Of a stretch of DNA of 64,000 nt, positions 14,151 through 27,196 are shown piece by piece. The notes beneath the pieces were generated by a model. The model was not told the origin of the DNA, searched no databases, and worked only from the letters and a program-made list of their open reading frames with translations. The translations under genes and the position numbers were made by a program. Numbering within the stretch: the first letter of the stretch is position 1; each line of letters starts with the position of its first letter. The DNA lies in contig NC_069005.1 of NCBI RefSeq assembly GCF_001194135.2, forward strand, positions 16,654,128-16,718,127. The letters run 5' to 3'. The stretch is from Octopus bimaculoides. Its lineage: Eukaryota.

Positions 14151-15621
14151 GCTTTTAGATCTTAGTTTTGGCATTATTCTTTCTTATTTCTTTATTGCCC
14201 ACAAGGGACTAAACATAGAGGGGACAAACAAGGACAGACAAATGGATCAAGTTGATTACATCGACCCCAGTGTGTAACTGGTACTTAATTTATCGAGCCC
14301 AAAAGGATGGAAGGCAAAGTCGACCTCAGCAGAATTTGAACTCAGAATGTAGCAGCAGACGAAATACCACTAAGCATTTCGCCCTACGTGCTAACGTTTC
14401 TGCCAGTTTGCTGCCTTATCTGCCAGCTTGCCACCTTTGGCATTATTCTTTCTATTATCATCTTACTTATCCTCCCAATATCTGATTTCAAGGGGCAAAT
14501 GAGGCACTCCAAAAATTTGGTTTATGGTCTTTCAGTGTTATCTGAGGTTTTCTTGGTGCATAAGGTTCAGTCCTGTCATGTATATCTAGGTGGTTCACTA
14601 TTTCTTATCNNNNNNNNNNNNNNNNNNNNNNNNNNNNNNNNNNNNNNNNNNNNNNNNNNNNNNNNNNNNNNNNNNNNNNNNNNNNNNNNNNNNNNNNNNN
14701 NNNNNNNNNNNNNNNNNNNNNNNNNNNNNNNNNNNNNNNNNNNNNNNNNNNNNNNNNNNNNNNNNNNNNNNNNNNNNNNNNNNNNNNNNNNNNNNNNNNN
14801 NNNNNNNNNNNNNNNNNNNNNNNNNNNNNNNNNNNNNNNNNNNNNNNNNNNNNNNNNNNNNNNNNNNNNNNNNNNNNNNNNNNNNNNNNNNNNNNNNNNN
14901 NNNNNNNNNNNNNNNNNNNNNNNNNNNNNNNNNNNNNNNNNNNNNNNNNNNNNNNNNNNNNNNNNNNNNNNNNNNNNNNNNNNNNNNNNNNNNNNNNNNN
15001 NNNNNNNNNNNNNNNNNNNNNNNNNNNNNNNNNNNNNNNNNNNNNNNNNNNNNNNNNNNNNNNNNNNNNNNNNNNNNNNNNNNNNNNNNNNNNNNNNNNN
15101 NNNNNNNNNNNNNNNNNNNNNNNNNNNNNNNNNNNNNNNNNNNNNNNNNNNNNNNNNNNNNNNNNNNNNNNNNNNNNNNNNNNNNNNNNNNNNNNNNNNN
15201 NNNNNNNNNNNNNNNNNNNNNNNNNNNNNNNNNNNNNNNNNNNNNNNNNNNNNNNNNNNNNNNNNNNNNNNNNNNNNNNNNNNNNNNNNNNNNNNNNNNN
15301 NNNNNNNNNNNNNNNNNNNNNNNNNNNNNNNNNNNNNNNNNNNNNNNNNNNNNNNNNNNNNNNNNNNNNNNNNNNNNNNNNNNNNNNNNNNNNNNNNNNN
15401 NNNNNNNNNNNNNNNNNNNNNNNNNNNNNNNNNNNNNNNNNNNNNNNNNNNNNNNNNNNNNNNNNNNNNNNNNNNNNNNNNNNNNNNNNNNNNNNNNNNN
15501 NNNNNNNAGTGGTACCTAGATCAGATCTCTGAGGGATACTTGCTGGAGACTGCCATCTGGTACAAAATTAAAGTAAGAACAATCACATTCTTACATTCAC
15601 ATGCATGCATCCACACACACA

Positions 15622-15660
<39 letters not shown>

Positions 15661-16036
15661 TTTACATTTTGTTGTCGCTGTTGTTCTTGTCATCATTATT
15701 GTTGTTGTTGTTGATGTTTTTGTTCAGTGTCATGTTGTCATTTTTCTAAGGAATTCTCTTGGGAATTTTATGACCACCTTCATCAGTAAACTTTTGGAGT
15801 TTTTTCATTTATTTTTGTTCATTGTTCTTGCTAGAAATTTTTTAAACACTATTTTCTACACTAGAGTGTATAATTGCAAAATAAAAGTGGGATGCATTGC
15901 CTCCTTTTGGCTACCCCATCATTGCTCTATGTTTTTTCAATGTCCCCCTGAATTTTTCCACCATCCCCAGTGAGGCAGTACCACCCACTTTGAGAACCAC
16001 TGTTTTATATAATTTTTGTTCTTCTCTTTGAAAAAG

Positions 16037-16126
16037 GCAGTGCAACAACTGAACATTAAGACATCAAATTTTCAGGACTTAATGACCAGTGAATCTTTTA
16101 CGCGTCAGGACCTTATTACTTTACAG
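16037..16126 (+). CDS. PPIL2: PPIL2 exon 5 (AVQQLNIKTSNFQDLMTSESFTRQDLITLQ)
   Basis: Acceptor ctctttgaaaaag (AAG), donor gtaaat; 90 nt. Confidence 0.93.
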
Positions 16127-16458
16127 GTAAATATAGAGATAGATGAATTATTTAAAGAGGAGCAGGGAGAAATGGAGTAGAGGAGGTGGTGGTGACCACA
16201 ATTACAGATGTGTACCCTGTCCCCTCAATTTGTTTCATCATAACTTTCTAAAAAAATGGATATTTTTTATAAAATTTTCTACAGATATATTTAAGATTAT
16301 GTCAGAATTTGATGTAAGAAAAAATTGTGGGTGTGCAATGATAATTTAACAGACTATATGAGGAAATAAACTCAAAATGTGTGATTATCCACCCCACCTC
16401 AAGTTTTTATTTTTAATCAAAGTTTGACATAATTATAATTTACACCATCTGAAACTTA

Positions 16459-17210
16459 CAAGGCTCATTCCAGAAGTTTTGAGTGTTTTACAAGAGAGAC
16501 AATTATTAATTTCAAAGTAAAGCAGAACTCTTATTTCCTTCAAATTAAGATCCTTTGACTGTAATGTACATGTAGCACTTCAGCCACTTTGTGAAGGCTC
16601 CATGGAAATCTTTCAAAGTGAAGGTGTCTAGGACCCTTATCACAGCCTCCTTCATCTCCTTCAGCTTAGGGAGAACTGTATTGTAAGGAGGGTGAGGGAC
16701 AGTTTTCATACCCATCTCTGTCAAGTAGTTGGTTACCAAGATGGAATTGTGGATTGGTGCATTGTCCTGGTGCAGGATAATGTCTGGCCTTTTGTGAAGA
16801 TATCTCTTCCAGAACTCCATCAAAACCTTCACAAAGTACTCTTTGTTGACTGTCTGGCCAGAGAAAACCCAGTGGATGTAGCTGCTGTCTTTGCTGTCAA
16901 CAGAAAAAAGTTTCATCATGAACTTCCTAGTAGACTTGTTTTGCCTGACACTTTTGCCAGTGAAAAAAACTTTATTGTTTAGTGAGCTTCCAAATTGTTT
17001 TCATGTCCTGACTGCGTTCTGCAGTTGGCTGTGACAAGCAGTGTTTAGTAGGGTGTGTTCAAAGTGCTATTTACAGCCATCTCTTTCAGTCTGAAATAGC
17101 AAATGTTGACAGGGCAGCTTATCAGATGTATATACTAAGATTATAATAGTCTAGGATATTTATAACTGCTTCTCCTAAAAAAAGTTTCAAAACTTCTGGA
17201 ATGAATCTTG
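16459..17210 (-). mobile_element. Internally deleted mariner element with TIRs and TA target duplication
   Basis: TA|caaggctcattccagaagttttga ... tcaaaacttctggaatgaatcttg|TA; internal GQTVNKEYF, LHQDNAPIH, VPHPPY (mariner DD34D region). Confidence 0.92.
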
Positions 17211-17634
17211 TAGTAGTAGAAAATATTTTTTAAAAAATACCTAGTTTTCTGAAAGTAATAAAAATACAAATTAAGGTGTGTGAATTATCTGAAAACCAAA
17301 ATCTACACTGTCTAAAATGTATCTCTGGAAAATATTCCCACCACCACACAAAAAAAAATCTGCATTTTTCAGAAAACATTTAAAAACACAAGTCAGTGTG
17401 GCACACTTCTGTAGTTATGTTGAGATGATGTTGATGCTGATAATGGTTTTGGGCAATAAAAATAGTTCAGTTTGTGGTAAAAGACAGCAACAGTAGTTGA
17501 CTGGAAATGTGTGTGTTAATGTCTGTATGTAGTTATTTTGTTTTAATCTACTCCCTGCCTGATATACTTTCTCTTCAATATATTCCATGTCTATTTGATA
17601 TACAACTTGTTTACTCTTTTCTTTCCTTTTCCAG

Positions 17635-17710
17635 GACCCATTACATCTGAATAAATTTAACATTTCTGAATTCTTCTATTTGAAGAATGATATGAAAGTT
17701 ATTGATGAAG
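17635..17710 (+). CDS. PPIL2: PPIL2 exon 6 (DPLHLNKFNISEFFYLKNDMKVIDE)
   Basis: Polypyrimidine tract + ccag, donor gtaagc; 76 nt. Confidence 0.93.
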
Positions 17711-17931
17711 GTAAGCTGTCTATGTGTGTGTACGTGCATGTGTGTATATGTGTGTGTGATCAGGCTCAAAAGAAGCTGGAGTTGGTGTGTATTAGCAAGA
17801 CTTATATTATGTAGTGAAATTGATAAAAAATCTTTATACTTCCTACCCCAATGCTGTTGACTGTTCACCAGTACATCATGCTATTCTTAATGGAGACATA
17901 AAAATATCATAAAAGATTAGCCTGAATACCC

Positions 17932-17992
<61 letters not shown>

Positions 17993-18169
17993 TGAAAATA
18001 TAAAGGGAGGAGGTATAAGAAAAAATTTATTTCATCAATTGACATCCTTACAACCTTTATCATATCAACTGCATCAGACTATACATTACATCCTTTTATT
18101 TTGTTTTGGTTTACTATGTGGTTTGTAACCTGATCCATTAAAGAAATTTTTTTTTTATGAGCACCACCA

Positions 18170-19220
18170 AATTAGTTAAATTCATATATTGTGCAAGGAC
18201 ACTTTTTTTTAAAAACACCAGCTTTGCTAAAGATAGGTGTCAAAATATTCTGAAACCACAAAAATTAACATTATGTTTCCATAGGCATGGTTGGGAAGAG
18301 TCTTACCTCTGCAAAATTGCAAGAATGAAGGTCAGTTAACTTGATATCATGATTTCGAATTTAGCACCAAAAACACACTTGATTCTCCTCAATCAAGTCT
18401 ACTTGTAACAAACTCTTATATTTCACTTCAGCCAATACCTGTGTTTGTTTCATTGCTGAAGCCACTCTGAGAAAAATGAATCAAGTGAATACAAATTTTT
18501 TTATAAAATAAATAAGGCTCATGAGATATATTAATGTTAGTGGCCAGTTTTAGCTTGTATTCACTTGATTCATTTTTCTCAGTGTGGCTTCAGCACTGAA
18601 ACAAACACAAACATTGGCTGAAGTGAAATATAAGAGTTTGTTACAAGTAGACTTGATTGAGGAGAATCAAGCGTGGTTTTAGCACTAAATTCGAAATCAT
18701 GATATCAAGTTAACTGACATTCCTACTTGCAATTTTGCAGAGGTCAGGTGCAATCCCTATTTCACTTAATTTTTTTTCCAAACATACCTATGAAAATATA
18801 GTTTTAATTTTTGTGACTTTGGAGTGTTTTGATTCCTGTCTTTAGCAAAACTGATGTTTTTAAAAAATATGCCCTTGTTATATATCATTCTTTTACATAT
18901 ATCTATTAATTTTGCCTATACGGTTTTAGCTTGTGGCCACTAACATTAATATATCTCATGAGTATTAATGTTCTTTATATATTTATATAAAAATTTGTAT
19001 TCTCTTGATTCGTTTTTCTCAGAGTGGCTTCAGCACTAAAACTAACAGCCATACCTGTGAAAATATAGTGTTAATTTTTGTGGCCTTGGAGTGTTTTGAC
19101 TCCTATCTTTAACAAAGCTGGCATTTAGGAAAAAAAGAAAACCACCCTTGTTATACATATCTATTAATTTTGCCTATACGGTTTTAGCTTGCAGCCACTA
19201 TTATTAATATATCTCATGAG
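18170..19220. repeat. Complex foldback (long inverted repeats), unclassified TIR-type element
   Basis: 18307-18495 is the near reverse complement of 18557-18745. A perfect 29-bp inverted pair lies at 18518-18546 / 18934-18962. Confidence 0.8.
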
Positions 19221-19230
19221 TATTAATGTT

Positions 19231-19268
<38 letters not shown>

Positions 19269-20112
19269 CTTTTAGTCATGCAAAGTACCTGGTGACCTTG
19301 TTGATGTTGGTGCCATGTGAAAAGCACCCAGCACTCTCTGTAAAGTGGTTGGTGCTAGAAAGGGCATTCATATGTAGAAACCATGCCAAAACAGACAATG
19401 GATCTTCGTATGGCTTCTAGCCTTGCCAACTCTTGTCAAACTACCCAACCCATGCCAGTATAGAAAACAGATATTAAATGATAATGTACAGTGAACTTGT
19501 CATGAGGGGATAAAATCCAATGTTGTGGACAATGTGCTTCTTCAGGGAAAAGCTGAAAGAAGAGAATTAGATGTGGAACAACAGAATTTTACATCCTCAA
19601 AGTTAAACTGCAACCAGTTTTTTTTTAACGCACTGTTCCTCATCAATTTCTCTCCTGTGAAATTTTCCATGAAGAAGAAGACCATCCAAAATGCTGGGTT
19701 TTCCACTGCTCACAGCAAGTTCACTACTCTTATCGATTTTACTATTTGTGTGCAATATATATATGTTTGTGTGTATGCATAGCTGTGTAGTTGAGAAGTT
19801 AGCTTCCCAACCACATGGTTTCAAATTTAGTCCTATTGTGCAATTTTCTCCTATTATATCCCTTATCCAACAAAAGCCTTGTCAGTGGATTTGTGAGAGA
19901 AACCAAAAGAAGCCTGTCAATTATTTATATGTTTGTGTCTCCATGTCTTGACATTGATTGTTGTAAATGAATGTCATTCATTGCCAATATTCTCTGAAAA
20001 CATGCCTGGCATGATTTTCCGTATTTTCACTTGAAATCCCACTGCAGATAAACTTGCCTTTAATTTTCTCAGGAAAGGTACTAGTGTAGGATAGTGAATC
20101 AGTGGAGCGATA

Positions 20113-20928
20113 TGTGGTCTGATCAATAAGTATCCAAACTGTTGCTATAGTAACGAAGCTAAAGTATGGAGGGTGAAACTGCTTGACACAGATTGACTTT
20201 GAACTCTGCTGTGCATGTGCACTACGTTTAACATTCTAGCTCACTTTGACTGTTTACAGCAATGTTTGGAAGGAAGGTGTGTAGCATGTGATTGTTGCAT
20301 TGACCATGACAGAGAAAGTTGAGCAGAGAATCTGCATCAAATTTTGCCAAAAGCTTGGCAATACCTGCTCAGGGGCCTATGCAAATTATTCAAAAAGTTT
20401 TCATTGTTTTCGACACAATCAAGGAGTTCATGTGCAGAGTGTCTTTTTGGCAGACACACATCTCATACCCAAATATCCAGTGATTAATGGACTGAACTGA
20501 ACCATAGCTAATCTGCATATCGTCTGATAACTCACGGATGGTGATTCGATGATTTCCCCTCACAGCTGCATGCACGTCTATAATGTTTTCCTCAGTTCTG
20601 CAAGTTGCAGGTCTCCCAGAACGTTTGTCAATATCGACATTATTTTTGGCCATCTTGGAAACATCTGAACCACTCGTACATTTGTGTGTGGCTCATACAC
20701 TCCTCTCCATACACTTTCTGCAACTTTGCATAGGCTTCTGAGCAGGTATTGCCATGATAACTTTTTCTGTCATGGTCAGTGTGATGATCACATGCTACAC
20801 ATCTTCCTTCCAAGCACTGCTGTAGACAGCAGAAATGATCTAGGTCAATCTGTGCCAAGCAGCTTCACCCTTCATGCTTTAGCTTCATTACTATGGCAAC
20901 AGTCTGGATACTTATTGATCAAACCTCA
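20113..20928. mobile_element. Mariner derivative made of two left ends in inverted orientation, TA-flanked
   Basis: TA|tgtggtctgatcaataagtatcc ... ggatacttattgatcaaacctca|TA. + strand MTEKVEQRICIKFCQKLGNTC; - strand GNTCSEAYAKLQKVYGEECMS..MYEWF and RSGRP...RITIRELS (HTH). Confidence 0.88.
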
Positions 20929-21071
20929 TATATATTTATTTTGAAATGCATATGCACACATACATATGCAAATTCACTTGTGTATATATGTATATTTAAA
21001 GAAATGTATTCATTCATATTTCACACACATTTATTCATATTTATATGTTTCATTGTTTTTTTCTCTTTCAG

Positions 21072-21172
21072 AATTAGAACAAGCCAAGAAAGATCCAAAA
21101 TATCACTTGAAATGTATTAATTCAATAACTATGGAAGCTCTGAAAGAACTTGATGAAGAATATAAAGCGAAG
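21072..21172 (+). CDS. PPIL2: PPIL2 exon 7 (ELEQAKKDPKYHLKCINSITMEALKELDEEYKAK)
   Basis: Acceptor ctttcag, donor gtctgt; 101 nt. Confidence 0.9.
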
Positions 21173-22792
21173 GTCTGTTGTTATATTTGACAGATGTTTT
21201 GCCATTTTGTGTTGACAACCTGTGCTTTATGTTGATGATGATGCTGATGATGATATATGCACACACACACACACACACACAGTGCAGTTGCTAATAACAC
21301 CCCACTTACTGACCAACCTTCACCTTTGTCCATCTCTACTATTGCCATTCATTCTCTTCCTGATACCAGCCTTACATCCCTACCTTCTTTCCATGATACT
21401 CTCATTCCTTTCACTCTTCAACCTATTCTACTTCTGATGTCATTCCTCTCTCCCAATCCATTTCCACCTTCTCAGTGACCTACACTGAGATTTTTCCTGA
21501 TAAACTGCCTTACAATCCAGAACATTTCATGCCTCTCATACTCACACTGTAGGGCATTGGCGAATCTCTTACTTTCTGCTTCTCTTCTTGCTAAATCAGC
21601 TGTCACCCAGCCTCCCTTCTAGCTATCTGAAATAATTCTTCCAATCTTCTACCCCAATTCTTCCTATTGTCCCCAGCCTGTTTCTTTACTTTTATGACTC
21701 TGTCTAGTTCACTGTTGTACCACATCACCTCAGGTTGGCTGGAATTTAGTACCATATTTAGTCTGTATCACTCAGTAGGTTGTCCTGTTGGAACTTCCAG
21801 TTGTCATCTATGCTACACTACTCTGTCTCCCCCCCCCCCCATCATCATTGTCATCATCAAATGCTTCAATTTGTACTTCTCGAAATTTCTGTCTGTTCAG
21901 TGGATCTTGAAGCTTCCATATCTTCCTACATATGTATGTGTATTAATGTGTGTATGTTGTGTGTGTATGTCATTGTATTAATTGTCACTTTTACATGCAT
22001 GCAAAGGTCAGGCAGAATTTATTTGGTCTGCTCTTCCTTTATGCAAGGTAATATTTCTCTGTGGCTTGACTTGTTTTCATGGAGAATTGGAAACAAAGGA
22101 GATAATTTTACAGCTATTGCTCAATAGTGGTGATACTTATTTTGTAACTATTACTTAGTGTTGAAACAAGGGGACACAAGCACAGGCACACACACACACG
22201 TATGATGGGTTTCTTTTCCATTTACCAAATGCACTTAAAAGGCTTTAGTTGACTTGGAGTATAGTAGAAGACATTCACCCAAGGTTTCATACAGTGGCAC
22301 TGAACCTGAAACCATGTGGTTGGGAAGCATACTTCTTAACCATACAACTATGCATGTGCCTATTATCACAACTCACTATGTGTGTGTGTGTTTATATATA
22401 TTTACACACACACGCACACACACACACACACACACACAGAGTCACCATGATTAACCGTTTTTAAAAAATTTTCTCTGTTTATTTCCTCGTGTTCCTTTTT
22501 GTTGAAGAGTGTAGGCTCAAAGACTTTCTCACCTTCCAAAGCATCAAACTAATACACCTGCTTGTTTATACACCTGTCTTCAACTTGTTTTTTCTGTAAT
22601 TTTCAACTATATTTATATATATATATATACAGCTGAGGAGTACATTTTCATTGCACATTTTATGTAGTGTTTTCACTACATGAATAAATGAAGTTTGTAC
22701 GAAACATACGGACTGCTATAGCCTATTGAATTTTTGTTGCTTTTCTTCAAATTATATATATGGACGTTAAACGACGATGATGATGATGATGA

Positions 22793-22835
<43 letters not shown>

Positions 22836-22988
22836 GGTGTGGCTGTGTGGCAATAAGTTTGCTTCCTAACCACATGGTTTCCAGTTTCAGCCCCACTACA
22901 GGGCACCTTGGGAAAGTGCTTTCTGCTACAATCTTGGGCCAACCAGAGCCTTGTGAGTGGATTTGGAAGATGGAAACTGAAAGAAGCT

Positions 22989-23026
<38 letters not shown>

Positions 23027-23090
23027 NNNNNNNNNNNNNNNNNNNNNNNNNNNNNNNNNNNNNNNNNNNNNNNATCATCATCATCATCAT

Positions 23091-23128
<38 letters not shown>

Positions 23129-23199
23129 TATAGATGAGAGGCAGATATTCTCCATATAGAATACATTTTGTAGTGCTCAGGAGATTTAAACTTCATCAG

Positions 23200-26100
23200 A
23201 TAGAGAAGTAAAGGTAAGGATAAGCAAGTTAGGCAAGTTGATATACAAAAAGTATTAAATACATTTAATACAAAAAATGTACATATGTTTACATATAAAA
23301 AGGTCCAACTTACACAATAGGAATTAAAGCGGTTGAATAAGGGTTTTACAATCTAACAGCTCTTTCTGCGGGGCTTAGTGGTCCAAAATAATGATTGTAA
23401 ATTGATTCCATTATCAGATAATACCAGCCTCTGTATTCAGGGAAAAACTTTACATTTGAGGTGTTGGCAAAAAGGAGATTAAAGATGGAATGATTTTGTG
23501 GAGAACTAAGTGTATTATAAGGAAGAGTTGAGAGGTATTTTAGATAGAGTGGTGGGAGGAGAAAATAAATATCAAGGGATTATTAATGAGGTTAGTGATA
23601 GTAGTAGAGGTGGAATGTGGGAGGAAGAGGGAAGGATGGTTTAAGTAGTATGTTTGATTTCTCCATATCTTTCATTGAAAAGCCTTTGTGTTAGTTTGTA
23701 TGAAGGCTATAGATTTAAAAGTTGAAATAGTGAAAATGGGAATGGCCATTATTTGAGGAAAATAAGTTGACTGGTTCAGTGGCTGAGGGAGCTTAGTAAG
23801 GTATGTAGAAAAGAATGTGAGATGGAGAGGGGATAGAGTGGGGGTGAGTTGTTAATGGGACAAAGGAATTGGGTTGGTATTGGAGGTGAGTGTTATGGTA
23901 TGGAGAGGTGTATGAAATTGATTAGAGAGATGTGAACAGGAAGGGGGTAGTGGTAGATTAGTTAGTTTTCAAATGAGTGGGATAGTGTTAAGTACTTTTT
24001 GAAAGTGGGAGAGACTGGGGAGGCTAACTAAGAGGGAAGTGGGAAGTAGTAGATTGGAAGAAATTGGAAATGTGTGTATGAGAAAGAATAAGAGTGGGGA
24101 GTAGAATTTTAGTAGTAGGTTGCTAGACTGACTTTGTCTTAGTTTATTTTGCATATGGATACTTAAAATTATGGCATTGCATAGATTTAGCAAAGTGCAT
24201 GAAATATGAGTAGTACCTGTGTTTACAAGAATAAATTACATCAGAGAATCAATTATGTAATGAGGAGTTATAAAGGCAAAGAACGGCTAATGATTCTTTT
24301 AGATATAACCTACACTTGCCAATGTTTGCATTGTTTGGGGGAGCTTCATTTACTATGGACCAGGATAGGGTGTATGGATTATTTTGAGATTTAAGGTTAT
24401 GTATATAGACTGTTGAGGAGGTTAATAATTTAGAATTTGGATTGGAGAAAGAGTTCATGTGTGCACGGTAGTGGCGCTTGAAATCTACAGTGCTGCTGAT
24501 GTATACCATTGCTTGGTGGAAGTGTGGTATTATAACATGGCACTTGTAGATGACATTTTTGCGTAGACAAGAGGGCATAATTGAGAAACCCAACAATTGC
24601 AAGTTTTCCTACCTGTTCCATGGTTGGAGTTTACTGCTAATGAGGTTGAGCTCTGTTGTTTCATTGTTAGTGGAGGAAAACCTGAAGTGCAATCTGTATT
24701 TGTATTGGATTGGGAGGTGGTATTGCAACTAGTATTTGCTGTCGCATAGGTAGGATTGTGGGATGATGGCTTGGGTCTAGTATTATTTAATTGTTACTAT
24801 TGGTGTTCTCTTCAGAATCACTGCTTTCAGTTTTGGATACAGAAATATCTGATTCATTTTCATATGTATGTGCTTTTCTAGTTCACTCATACATTTGTTT
24901 GATTTCTCCATATCTTTCATTGAAAAGCCTTCAAATTTAGAATCACTGCTTGACAGCATGAAATTGTTATCTAGTTTAAAAGTTGAAAAAAAATCACCAA
25001 AGAAAAAAATGTGGAAAAGAAATCTCCCAAAATTTGCAGAGCTCAGATATCATGTCAAACAATGTCCGATAATGTAACTCAACTATTTACAAAGTGAAAT
25101 CATGTGTTTTCATGAATGTACTAACAAGATGTGGCCATTTCAGCTGTTTTTCATTGCAGTTTACATCTGTTTTCTTGATATTTTGATGTGTAGTCATGGC
25201 CAGAATGTATGACTCACTGATTTATAACAAGAATTCATCCCAATGATGTTATTTTTAAACACTAGTTGATCGTTCAAATTTGTTTTCTTATCACATAGTG
25301 CTAACATGTTTTCTGCATGATTATTGAGCCCTGATTGACTGATCCAGCCTCTGATCGGTTGTCATTCTTGTTAATCATTTTCCTGTTGTAAAGAATACCT
25401 GGTTGAAGAATTTTGTCAGAAAGTCATGCTCAAATAAAGATTCCGTATAGAGAAGGATACAGCACTTGACAAATTGGTGAAAGATTGGAATTGGCACAGA
25501 ACTGTTTCAAGGTCAATAAACAACTCAAGATCTACTGGAAAATATGGATTTAACAAACCAATGGGTTGTTCAAAAACCACCACCAAGTGAATGGATGATG
25601 CTATCATTCTAGCCACCAAAAAGTCACCCAGAAAGCCTTCCGAAGCTATTCAAGCTGTTCTGCTAGAAGACAAAAGTTCAATAACCCACCTACTGGAACT
25701 AGCAAACATACACATCAAAATGCCAAGAAAAGAGATGTAAACCGCAAAGAAAAACACCTGATACAACCACATCATCATAGTTGCAATAAGAGTAATATAG
25801 CTAACACGGTAACAACATCAGAAAATCAAGTCAGAACTGCCATATATACAACTAAATATGATAAATGCTTATGCAGAGAAAAATCAAGATGCCTATTGAT
25901 GAATCTCTGTATGAGTACAAATCTTGTATATAAATGTATGGTACACACAAGGGGAGGACTGTATGTTGGGGCAACTGCTGATTCATTCAAGTTGTGGAGG
26001 AGGACAAACACACATACATGCAATGCAGGTACAAATTCATTTTCTTTATTAATATCAAAACTGTTCTTGAAATCACTGGTTTTCCTTTCAGAAATCAGAA

Positions 26101-26400
26101 TATCCAATATGTTTGCCCTATATTTTGCTGGATTACGCCATGTCTTCTTTTGAAAATCCTTCACATTCAGATTTGCTACTTAACAATCTGATACCATATC
26201 AAATAATGTCAATTGTTTACAAAAAGAAATCACATGCTTTCATGACTGTACTAATGAGATTTGCTGTGAAATTTTCATTTAAACATGAAAAGGTTTTCTC
26301 AGGCTGGTTGCCAAGTTGTGGAAGAGGACAAACACACATACATGCTATGCATTTCTTTCAGTTTCTGTCTATCAAATCCACTCACAAATCTTTGATTGGC
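23200..26400 (-). mobile_element. Cluster of Penelope-like fragments (GIY-YIG at 24250-24610 on -, linker/RT pieces, second GIY-YIG piece on + at about 25900-26100)
   Basis: NVIYKC...YISSTVDFKRHYRAHMNSF...LSWSIVNEAPPNN..GKCRLYLKES; + strand VYKCMV....LYVGATADSFK. Internal direct repeat about 23650-23690 / 24895-24935. Confidence 0.75.
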
Positions 26401-26559
26401 CTAGGGCTATAGTAGAAGACACTTGCCCAAAAGAATTCTCAGGTGGTTTTGGGCAAGCTGGTAACAAAAGGGATGTATGATAGAAAATTCAACAAAATAA
26501 GTATTCCATCTGGTGAGAGATAAATATTATTATTTAAAGGTCACAATACATGTATTAAG

Positions 26560-26620
26560 GCGTTACTAATAGTTTCATATGTTGAGAGAACTCAAGCATA
26601 TTCTTCAGGCTCAAACTACA
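26560..26620 (-). ncRNA. Minimal type I hammerhead ribozyme-like motif (degenerate stem I)
   Basis: Minus strand: gagc CTGAAGA ATATG c TTGAG ttct CTCAA CATAT GAAA CTA t TAG TA acgcc. The core, 10-bp stem II and stem III are intact. Confidence 0.6.
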
Positions 26621-26737
26621 CATCATAACGAACTAAAAAGTTGAATAAATAGAAGAAACACAACAAGTTTCTAGTTGCCTTCTCAGCTTCATCGCGTTTC
26701 TTCAATTTATGCAATTTTTTAATTTATGATATGTGGT

Positions 26738-26792
26738 GTGCACTTGAAGAATATGTTTAGGTTCTCTCAACATATGAAATTATTAGTAGCAC
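26738..26792 (+). ncRNA. Second hammerhead-like motif, inverted relative to the first
   Basis: gtgc acTTGAAGA ATATG tttag gttct ctcaa CATAT GAAA tTA t TAG TA gcac. Stem I GTGC/GCAC is present, with core substitutions. Confidence 0.5.
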
Positions 26793-26833
26793 TTTAATTC
26801 ATGTATTATGACCTTTAAATAATAATAATAATA

Positions 26834-26864
<31 letters not shown>

Positions 26865-26869
26865 TTGTT

Positions 26870-27196
26870 TTCAGTATTTAAGGAAGCTGACAAATACAAA
26901 CAAGAAATCATACTACCTAACAAATACGAAGAAGAAGAAGAAGAAACAACAAAAACTATAAAACAAATGAAATCCAAACTAAAACTAGAACAGCAACGGA
27001 CCATGATAAAATGATAGCAAGAAAAGCCCCTACATGGTAAATACTGGGCTAAACTAAATGCAAAAGAAATAGAGAAAAATCCCAGCAATGATTGAGAAGC
27101 TCAGGACTCAAAGCAGAGACTGAAGGATTTTTAATTGCTGCACAAGACCAAAGCCTCCCCACCAGAAATTACCAAAAACATATAATGAAAAGAAAC
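26870..27196 (+). mobile_element. R4/Dong-type non-LTR retrotransposon fragment (post-RT region)
   Basis: KPLHGKYWAKL....LRSSGLKAETEGFLIAAQDQSLPTRNYQKHI; truncated by the gap. Confidence 0.75.

Noticed and set aside
16037-16040. Alternative acceptor (gcag) 4 nt into exon 5
   Set aside because: It would frameshift, and there is no evidence of use from sequence alone.
22495-22535. ttgaagagtgtaggctcaaa as another hammerhead core
   Set aside because: The core is mutated, and no convincing stems I and III could be formed.
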